DNA from: Bryobacterales bacterium
GTDB lineage: Bacteria > Acidobacteriota > Terriglobia > Bryobacterales > Bryobacteraceae
DNA length: 64,000 nucleotides
Assembly (NCBI GenBank): GCA_038215275.1
Contig: JBBQRA010000003.1
Coordinates: 355-64,354 of the forward strand
Direction: 5' to 3'
The notes beneath the pieces are model-generated. The model was not told where the DNA came from and made no database searches. It saw only the letters and a program-made list of their open reading frames with translations. A program made the translations under genes and the position numbers. Shown piece after piece: positions 57,400 to 64,000 of this stretch; positions within the stretch are counted from its first letter, which is position 1; every line of letters begins with the position of its first letter.

Positions 57400-58710
57400 A
57401 TGCGGATAGACAGCCTCGAACTTATCAACTTCCGTGGATTCGAGAACAAGTCGCTCACACTCCATCCGAATTTCACGCTCTTCATTGGTGATAATGGCTC
57501 TGGCAAGACAAGCGTCCTGGATGGCCTGGCCGTCGCTGCCGCCATCTGGTTGGTTGATCCCCCCGACTCCAAGCTTGCTGGCAGCCGCAGAGAAATCTTA
57601 GTCTCGGAGATCCGTCTCGAAGCAGAGGCCCGTGGAGATCGGCTCCAGTTTCGTGAGAAAAGACCGGTACTCATCAAGGCATCGGGCTGTATCGGAGAAC
57701 ACAGCGATATCTCATGGACGCGACAAATTAGAGTGGACGGACGACGCACCACGAATGCTGAGGCCAAAGCGGCTCTGAGCATCATTAGAGATATCTATCG
57801 CCGCGACGACGCCGGTGAAGACGTGCTTTGTCCGGTGCTAGCCTACTATGGGGCCGGACGCGCATGGCTCCCATCGAACCTCCAGAAGGCAAAACACGCA
57901 ATGCGCGGACCCTCCCGCCGGTGGTCGGCATTCTACGACTGCTTCAATGAGCGCATTCGATTCGGTGAATTGCACTCATGGTTCCGAAAGGAGACGATCG
58001 AACGAGGTAATTTGGGTGGACAATGGCGCAATGGCTATGGAGCCGTGGCCCGCGCAGTCCTAATGTGCTTGCCCGGTGCTGACTCGATTTTCTTCGATGC
58101 AGATCGAGACGAAATCGTCGTTGAAGTCAAGGGCAATCGACAGCCATTCAGCAACCTAAGCGCCGGGCAGCGGATGATGGCCGCGCTAGTTGCTGATCTC
58201 GCTATCAAGACCGTGACGCAGAATGCGTTCCTAATTCCCACAGAGGGGCCGCTCGCCGCTGACGCCCTACCTCGGGTGTTGGCGGAAACACCTGGGCTAG
58301 TTCTTATCGACGAACTGGACGTCCATCTTCACCCCGCTTGGCAACGCCACATCGTCGCCGACCTGCGCTCGACATTCCCGTCCATCCAGTTCGTCTGTAC
58401 TTCTCATTCCCCTCAGATTATTGGAGAGATTCCGAGTGAGCAAATTCGTGTTCTGCACGATGGCGAAGTCTCGGCCCCATCAGCCTCATTCGGACTCGAC
58501 TCCAACCGCGTTCTGGAGGAGATCATGGAAGCGCCCTCCCGTAATGAGTCTACCCGGATTTCGTTGCGCGACACCTTCGACCTCATCGAAATGGGCCAGT
58601 TCGAAGAAGCCAGGGGAAAACTTGAAAAGCTGACTGAGCAGCTTGGACCAGCCGAACCCGAGATCAACAGAGCGAAGGCACTGATGGCGTTTTTGGAGAC
58701 GGAGGTGTGA
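57400..58710 (+). CDS. ptuA: ABC/SMC-like AAA ATPase, Septu PtuA-like
   Basis: MRIDSLELINFRGF...FIGDNGSGKTSVLDG (Walker A), LSAGQRM (signature-like), LVLIDELDVHLHP (Walker B/D-loop), CTSHSPQ (H-loop). Visibly lower GC than the flanks. Confidence 0.8.
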   Translation: MRIDSLELINFRGFENKSLTLHPNFTLFIGDNGSGKTSVLDGLAVAAAIWLVDPPDSKLAGSRREILVSEIRLEAEARGDRLQFREKRPVLIKASGCIGEHSDISWTRQIRVDGRRTTNAEAKAALSIIRDIYRRDDAGEDVLCPVLAYYGAGRAWLPSNLQKAKHAMRGPSRRWSAFYDCFNERIRFGELHSWFRKETIERGNLGGQWRNGYGAVARAVLMCLPGADSIFFDADRDEIVVEVKGNRQPFSNLSAGQRMMAALVADLAIKTVTQNAFLIPTEGPLAADALPRVLAETPGLVLIDELDVHLHPAWQRHIVADLRSTFPSIQFVCTSHSPQIIGEIPSEQIRVLHDGEVSAPSASFGLDSNRVLEEIMEAPSRNESTRISLRDTFDLIEMGQFEEARGKLEKLTEQLGPAEPEINRAKALMAFLETEV

Positions 58711-59345
58711 AAAGTATCGCCAAAGGACCAGTGCCGCCGGAGCTGATCGCCCATCAAAAGAGCACCAACCCGACTTACGAGAACTTCCGCCACCGAGATC
58801 GACTTCGGAATGCGCTTGTGGCGGAGCAACGAGGTCTGTGCTGCTATTGCCAATCTCGGATTCGCGCGACTGCGGACCACATGAAAATCGAGCATTGGCA
58901 TTCACAAAGTCGCTATGCTGGGGAGGCGCTCGACTACCAAAATCTACTTGGGGCCTGCCGAGGAAACGAAGGACAACCGAAGAGCCTACAGCATTGCGAT
59001 ACCAGCAAAGGCGACTCCGTTTTGTCCCGAAATCCGGCGAATCCCGCGGACAACGTCGAAACGCATGTCGTTTACCTTGGCGACGGACGTATTTCTTCAC
59101 GGGATACGCAATTTCAGAACGAATTGGAAGCGGTGCTCAACCTGAACACGCCTCGGCTCGTGAACAACAGAAAAGCCACGCTTGACGCATTCACCCAAGC
59201 TATCCCCCTCACGGGTAAGCTTACCCGCCCCAAGCTCGAAAAATGGATGGCGCGATGGTCCGGCGAGGAGTCCGCTGGGGACATCGAGCCTTTCAGTGGA
59301 GTGGTGACGTTCTGGCTTCAGAAGAAACTTCAAAAAAAGCTGTAG
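58707..59345 (+). CDS. ptuB: TIGR02646-type HNH nuclease, Septu PtuB-like
   Basis: CCYCQSRI...DHMKIEHWHSQS...YQNLLGAC...HCDTSKGD pattern of the TIGR02646 HNH family. GTG start in a GTGA overlap with the ptuA stop. Confidence 0.78.
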   Translation: MKSIAKGPVPPELIAHQKSTNPTYENFRHRDRLRNALVAEQRGLCCYCQSRIRATADHMKIEHWHSQSRYAGEALDYQNLLGACRGNEGQPKSLQHCDTSKGDSVLSRNPANPADNVETHVVYLGDGRISSRDTQFQNELEAVLNLNTPRLVNNRKATLDAFTQAIPLTGKLTRPKLEKWMARWSGEESAGDIEPFSGVVTFWLQKKLQKKL

Positions 59346-59363
59346 CGTATTCCGCGGCTTAAT

Positions 59364-59411
59364 TTTTCGCTTGTCGAATGGCTCTCTTACTCGTCCGGGC
59401 GCAAGCGAAAA
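59364..59411 (+). other. 10-bp inverted repeat 19 nt downstream of ptuB (hairpin; terminator or RNA element)
   Basis: TTTTCGCTTG (59364-59373) and CAAGCGAAAA (59402-59411) are perfect complements with a 28-nt spacer. No U-tract after the 3' arm. Confidence 0.4.
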
Positions 59412-59744
59412 GCAGGTTATAGGCCCCCTCTCCGATTCATCTTGCGCCTCGCTTCTGCCTTGCGCATCCGTCGTCAAGGTCACCTCCGCTCCGGAAGACC
59501 AACCCACTTATTGATCCGGTGTCCTGACGAACGACTTCAACTCTCCTGCCGGCGACCCCTCGCCGCCAACTACAGCTCGGCCCTTGGGACCAACCAACTC
59601 AACACGCCTCCGCCCAGCGACTTCACAGGCTCCGAAGCAGAAAACCACAGCGACTACTTAGTCGACCTTCGATCCCCGGAACCCACCCGTTTCTATCTGC
59701 GGCTTCGCTCTCGTCGTTCTCGGATCGGCCCGCCGCCGAAAGTG

Positions 59745-61067
59745 CTAGTCGGCCCGGCGGAACCGGTCCCCCGTCTGCTGGCTCCACTCCGCCAACATCC
59801 GCCGGTGGCGCGCCAGTTCTGCCGACGCCTCGGGCCGTCGCGCGAGGTTCACCACCTCCCCCGGATCCTGCTCCAAATCGAACAACTGCTCCGCACGCTC
59901 CCCGCTCCGAAACACGACGTACTTAAATCGCCCACTCCGCACCATTCTTCCGTCCCGGCTCGCATCCTGGTAACGCAGTTCACTCACTACGTACTCCCGC
60001 CCCGCATCCTTCCGCAGACTCGCCCCTCGCATCTCCGCCGGCGCCGCCACCCCGGCGTAATCACAGAACGTGGGCAGAATATCCAGCAACGAAACCAAAC
60101 GGTCCGTCACGCCCTGCCCCACCCCCGGCCCCGCCATCATCATCGGCACATGCACACTCTCTTCGTAGAACGCCGCCTTCTGCGCCCACCGGTGCCCGCC
60201 CTGCCCTTCCCCGTGGTCGCTCGCAAACAGCACCACCGTCTTCCGGTCCAGCCCTGTCTCCTCTAACGCCTTCAACACCGCGCCGATATAGCCATCCACC
60301 GCCTCCACCATCCGGTAGTAATCGTGCAGATATTGCCGTACATCATCCCGCCGCCACTCCGCCGCCACCCTGATGCCCTGCGACATCAAGTCATACCCCT
60401 CCCGCCGGTGGTACTGCATGCACTCCGGCTCCTCCGGGTCCGCGGCCATGTTGCCCGGCGCAGGCGGATAGCGCGAAACGTCCACATGGTTCCGCGTCCC
60501 CGGATGCTGCCGAATCCAGTCGCAAATATCATGCGGATTCATAAACGAAGCCACCATCAGAAAGGGCTCCTTGGCCGCCGGTCCCCGCAACCACTTCGCG
60601 CACTCCCGCGCCACCGGCGCATCCATATCCCGGCCCAGCGCGCTCCCTCCCACCAGCTTTTCGAATCCCGTCATCCCATCGAACGACTTCGGCAGATGCC
60701 ACTTCCCCGCGTAAACCGTCTTGTACCCCGCGCCGGAAAACACCTCACCCATCGTCGGCATCCCCGCGACAATCGGCCGCCCGTTCACCTCCACCCCCGT
60801 CTCATTCGGCATCCGCCCCGTGAAGATGCTCGACCGCGACGGCGAGCACACCGGATACGTGCAGTACGCCTCGGTGAACGTCGTCCCCCGCGCCGCCAGC
60901 CGGTCCATCGCCGGGGTCTTCAAGTACGGATTCCCACACCCGGACCATGCCGTGTGCCCCTGCTGATCCGTCAGAATCAGCAACAGATTCGGCCGCTCCA
61001 CCGCCGCCCACACCGGCGCCGCCATCATCCCGCTCACCATCGCCCGTCGACTCATCATCGACGCCAT
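59745..61067 (-). CDS. sulfatase (formylglycine-dependent, arylsulfatase family)
   Basis: PNLLLILTDQQ, CTYPVCSPSRSSIFTGR (C-x-P-x-R), ...SDHGE. Confidence 0.87.
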   Translation of the reverse strand: MASMMSRRAMVSGMMAAPVWAAVERPNLLLILTDQQGHTAWSGCGNPYLKTPAMDRLAARGTTFTEAYCTYPVCSPSRSSIFTGRMPNETGVEVNGRPIVAGMPTMGEVFSGAGYKTVYAGKWHLPKSFDGMTGFEKLVGGSALGRDMDAPVARECAKWLRGPAAKEPFLMVASFMNPHDICDWIRQHPGTRNHVDVSRYPPAPGNMAADPEEPECMQYHRREGYDLMSQGIRVAAEWRRDDVRQYLHDYYRMVEAVDGYIGAVLKALEETGLDRKTVVLFASDHGEGQGGHRWAQKAAFYEESVHVPMMMAGPGVGQGVTDRLVSLLDILPTFCDYAGVAAPAEMRGASLRKDAGREYVVSELRYQDASRDGRMVRSGRFKYVVFRSGERAEQLFDLEQDPGEVVNLARRPEASAELARHRRMLAEWSQQTGDRFRRAD

Positions 61068-61082
61068 AATACAGCGCCCGGC

Positions 61083-62054
61083 CTACGCACTATAAAAATT
61101 CTTCGCCCACGCGTGCCGCGCCAATCGCTTCATCACCTCCGCCGGCAACGGCCCCCGCTCGCTCGCCGCGATATTCGCCTCCACGTTCTTCACCTGCCGC
61201 ATCCCCGGTATCACCGACGACACCTCCGGATGCGAAAGCACCCACTGCAAAGCAATCTCCGCCAAGCTCCCGGACACTCCTTCCACATCCGCCCGCAGCG
61301 CCGTCACCCGCTCCACCACCTGCCGCTTCCGGTCGCCCGCAAAATACATCTCCCGGAACTCACCCGGCGCAAACACCGTCTCCTCCGTAATCGCCCCCGT
61401 CAGCGCCCCCTCATCCAACGGACACCGCGCCAACACGCCAATCTCATGCTTCGCACACAGCGGAAACAACTCGATTGCCGGCGTCGGGTCAAAAATGTTG
61501 AAGATCACCTGCACCGCATCAATCATTCCCGTCTCAATCAATGACAACGCCGACCCCGGCTGATGGTCATTGATCGAAATCCCAAAATGCTTCACCTTCC
61601 CCGAACTCTTCAGCGTCTCAATCCCCCGCCGCCAATCCTCCGCCGCGAGCCACTCCGGATTCCATACATGAAACTGCTGCAGGTCGATCTGCTCCACACC
61701 CAGATTCCGCAGCGACTCCTCCGTCGACTCGACGATAAACGCCAACGGAAACACTTCCTCGATCGCCACCCCCGGTTGCGCCGGCCACACCCGGTTCTTC
61801 GGAGGAATCTTCGTCGCAATCGTCACCGCATGCCCCGCCCCCCGCGCGGCCTCTCCCACCAACTTCTCCGAATGGCCTTCGTTGTAAGCCAGCGCCGTGT
61901 CGATAAAATTCAACCCCAGCTCAAACGCCCGCCGCAGCGCCGCCAGCGATTGCGTGTCGTCCCCGCCGATCCATTGGCGGCCCCCAATCCCCCAGGCTCC
62001 ATACCCAATCTCACTCACCGCAATCTGCGTTCTGCCCAATTTTCGAAAGCGCAT
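61083..62054 (-). CDS. aldo/keto reductase
   Basis: MRFRKLGRT...SEIGYGAWGIGG, FIDTALAYNEGHSE, ...VIPGMRQV. Confidence 0.87.
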   Translation of the reverse strand: MRFRKLGRTQIAVSEIGYGAWGIGGRQWIGGDDTQSLAALRRAFELGLNFIDTALAYNEGHSEKLVGEAARGAGHAVTIATKIPPKNRVWPAQPGVAIEEVFPLAFIVESTEESLRNLGVEQIDLQQFHVWNPEWLAAEDWRRGIETLKSSGKVKHFGISINDHQPGSALSLIETGMIDAVQVIFNIFDPTPAIELFPLCAKHEIGVLARCPLDEGALTGAITEETVFAPGEFREMYFAGDRKRQVVERVTALRADVEGVSGSLAEIALQWVLSHPEVSSVIPGMRQVKNVEANIAASERGPLPAEVMKRLARHAWAKNFYSA

Positions 62055-62083
62055 TAGACCTTCAGTTTAGAATAGGGAGGCTC

Positions 62084-62536
62084 ATGGATACGCTCCTCGA
62101 CCCTCAGATCCTCGCCGCCACCTGCCGCCGTCTCGAAGGCCTCACGCCGGACACCAAAACCCTCTGGGGCCGCATGTCCGCTCACCAGATGGTGTGCCAT
62201 CTCAACGACAGCTTCCTCCTCGCCATGGCAGAAAAGACGGCCTCGCCCGCCACCAACTTTTTCCAGCGCACCGTCATCAAGTGGCTCGCCCTCCGCCTCC
62301 AGCGGCCCTGGCCCCACAACATCCCCACCCGCCCCGAAATGGACCAGGCCCTCCGCGGCACCCCCCTCACCGGCTTCACCGACGACCGCAGCCGCCTCAG
62401 CAGCCTCCTTCACCGCTTCGCCCAACCCGCGCCCGCCTTCGGCGTCCACCCCATCTTCGGCCCCATGACCTCCTGGGAGTGGCGCCGCTGGGGATACCTC
62501 CACGCCGACCATCACCTCCGCCAATTCGGACTCTAA
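62084..62536 (+). CDS. DUF1569 (DinB-superfamily-like) protein
   Basis: 150 aa. ...WGRMSAHQMVCHLNDS... and C-terminal WRRWGYLHADHHLRQFGL fit DUF1569. Confidence 0.65.
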   Translation: MDTLLDPQILAATCRRLEGLTPDTKTLWGRMSAHQMVCHLNDSFLLAMAEKTASPATNFFQRTVIKWLALRLQRPWPHNIPTRPEMDQALRGTPLTGFTDDRSRLSSLLHRFAQPAPAFGVHPIFGPMTSWEWRRWGYLHADHHLRQFGL

Positions 62537-63942
62537 TGCAACGTCGCCACTTCCTCTCTCTCGTCGCCGGCTCCGCCCTCGCGCAGCCCTCTTTCACGCC
62601 GCCCAACATCGTCCTCATCCTCGCCGACGATCTCGGCTGGGCCGACCTCGGCTGCTACGGCGCCGACCTCCATGAAACGCCCCGCATCGATCGCATCTCC
62701 CGCCAATCTCTGCGTTTCTCGAACGCCCTCTCCCCCGCGCCCGTCTGCTCCCCCACGCGCGCCGCCCTCCTCACCGGTAAGCACCCCGCCCGCCTCGGCA
62801 TCACCATCTGGCACGAGGGCGCCGTCAACCCGCCCACCAATCGCGCCCTCCTCCCCGCAGCCTCCGAAGCCAGTCTCCCCCACTCGGAAACCACCCTCGC
62901 CGAAGTCCTCCAGCAAGCCGGCTACTCCACGGCTTTGGTCGGCAAATGGCATCTCGGCGACGCCGCGCACCACCCCGAAACCCAAGGCTTCGAAGTCAAC
63001 ATCGGCGGCACCCACTGGGGAGCCCCCGCGACGTACTTCTATCCCTACAGCGGGCCCTTCGGCACTCAGAAGGAGTTGCGCTACGTTCCCAGCCTCGCCC
63101 CCGGAGTTGAAGGCGAATACCTCACCGACCGCCTCACCACGGAATCCCTCCGCGTCATCGACGCCTTCGCTGCCCGCCAAAAACCGTTCTTCCTCTATCT
63201 CGCCCACCACGCCCCCCACACTCCCATCGAAGCCAAGCCCGCCCTCGTCGCCAAGTACGAAGCCAAAATCCCCAAAGGCGTCAACCACACCAACGCCGCC
63301 TACGCCGCCATGGTCGAGTCCTTCGATCAAAGCGTCGGCCGTGTCCTCGACCATCTCCGCATCCGCGGCCTCGACCGCAACACCATCTTCATCATCACCT
63401 CTGACAACGGCGGCTTCCTCCACAGCGGTAACGGCCCCCGCATCACCACCAACGTCCCCCTCCGTTCCGGCAAGGGCTCGCTGTATGAGGGAGGCATCCG
63501 CGTCCCCCTCATCATCAACTGGCCCGGCGTCACTCCCGTCGGCGCCGTCTCCGCCGAACCCGTCGTCCTCACCGACCTCTTCCCTACCCTCTGCGCCGCC
63601 GCCAAGGCCCCTCTTCCCGCCGGAGCCACCGACGGGCTCGACCTGCTCCCTGTCCTGCGCAACCCCGCCGCCCGCCTCCCTCGCGAAGCAATTCATTTTC
63701 ACTACCCGCACTACTACCCCACCACTACCCCCGTCTCCGCCCTCCGCACCCGCGATTGGAAGCTCCTCGAATACTTCGAAGACAACCACGTCGAACTCTA
63801 CAACCTCGCTCAGGACCCGAGCGAGAAGTCCGACCTCGCCGAAAAGAACCCCGCCAAGGCCAAAGCCCTCCGCGACCAACTCCACGCCTGGCGCCAATCC
63901 GTCGGTGCCCGTCTCCCCACACCGAACCCGAAAAAGGAATAG
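62536..63942 (+). CDS. sulfatase (formylglycine-dependent)
   Basis: Tat/signal-like MQRRHFLSLVAGSAL, PNIVLILADDLGW, VCSPTRAALLTGK, TSDNGG. Start shares one base with the upstream stop (TAATG). The ORF-track N-terminal extension is Pro/Arg-rich and not protein-like. Confidence 0.87.
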   Translation: MQRRHFLSLVAGSALAQPSFTPPNIVLILADDLGWADLGCYGADLHETPRIDRISRQSLRFSNALSPAPVCSPTRAALLTGKHPARLGITIWHEGAVNPPTNRALLPAASEASLPHSETTLAEVLQQAGYSTALVGKWHLGDAAHHPETQGFEVNIGGTHWGAPATYFYPYSGPFGTQKELRYVPSLAPGVEGEYLTDRLTTESLRVIDAFAARQKPFFLYLAHHAPHTPIEAKPALVAKYEAKIPKGVNHTNAAYAAMVESFDQSVGRVLDHLRIRGLDRNTIFIITSDNGGFLHSGNGPRITTNVPLRSGKGSLYEGGIRVPLIINWPGVTPVGAVSAEPVVLTDLFPTLCAAAKAPLPAGATDGLDLLPVLRNPAARLPREAIHFHYPHYYPTTTPVSALRTRDWKLLEYFEDNHVELYNLAQDPSEKSDLAEKNPAKAKALRDQLHAWRQSVGARLPTPNPKKE

Positions 63943-63948
63943 TCTCCC

Positions 63949-64000
63949 ATGCGCCTCGCCCTCCTCCTGCTCCTGACGTTCCCTCTGGCCGCCCAGCCGC
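63949..64000 (+). CDS. start of a secreted protein (partial, runs off the right edge)
   Basis: ATG at 63949 followed by MRLALLLLLTFPLAAQP, a signal-peptide-like sequence. Only 17 codons are visible. Confidence 0.3.
   Translation, partial: MRLALLLLLTFPLAAQP

Noticed and set aside
57400-59744. A retron (type I-A, PtuAB effector) instead of a stand-alone Septu system
   Set aside because: No reverse-transcriptase ORF (no YxDD-containing frame) is present within the islet or in its flanks. The only RNA-like feature is one inverted repeat downstream, on the wrong side relative to the usual ncRNA-RT-PtuA-PtuB order.
1-64000. CRISPR arrays, tRNA/rRNA genes, IS elements
   Set aside because: I looked for regularly spaced short repeats, cloverleaf-sized conserved segments in intergenic gaps, and transposase-like ORFs, and found none. 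All intergenic gaps over 100 nt (27496-27708, 28819-29197, 37052-37180, 51574-51711, 57279-57399, 59346-59744) were read by eye. A tRNAscan/Infernal run would be the definitive check.

Overview
High-GC, very gene-dense chromosomal segment with about 60 protein-coding genes. I found no rRNA, tRNA, CRISPR array or transposase by eye. The gene content points to an Acidobacteriota genome of the Solibacter/Bryobacter type (inference only): a DUF1549/DUF1553 + DUF1501 pair, a TIGR03437-like Ig-repeat protein, several sulfatases, MacB/FtsX-type permeases, and a TonB receptor with a carboxypeptidase-regulatory N-domain. Most of the window is housekeeping (folD, coaE, lysS, xerD, gmhA, cstA, a CCA-type nucleotidyltransferase), envelope functions or glycan scavenging. 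Many gene junctions overlap by 1-4 nt. The clearest accessory element is an AT-shifted two-gene islet at 57400-59345: an ABC/SMC-like ATPase overlapping a TIGR02646-type HNH protein. This matches the Septu (PtuA/PtuB) anti-phage architecture and is followed by about 400 nt of non-coding DNA carrying an inverted repeat. Other points of interest: (1) an AT-rich pocket (26890-27495) with a stand-alone OmpR-type winged-helix protein whose Shine-Dalgarno lies inside a perfect 10-bp hairpin; (2) two tandem, mutually homologous MBL-fold reading frames that are both broken (42382-43594); (3) a five-gene translationally coupled permease / M16 peptidase operon with an internally duplicated domain; (4) a five-gene coupled run containing a Ycf46-like AAA+ ATPase; (5) a cstA-coupled 56-codon ORF and a window-edge ORF, both absent from the supplied ORF track. 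Start codons are approximate, because the ORF track uses alternative starts and I refined them only where an ATG/GTG and context were visible. All family assignments come from motif recognition by eye, not from searches.
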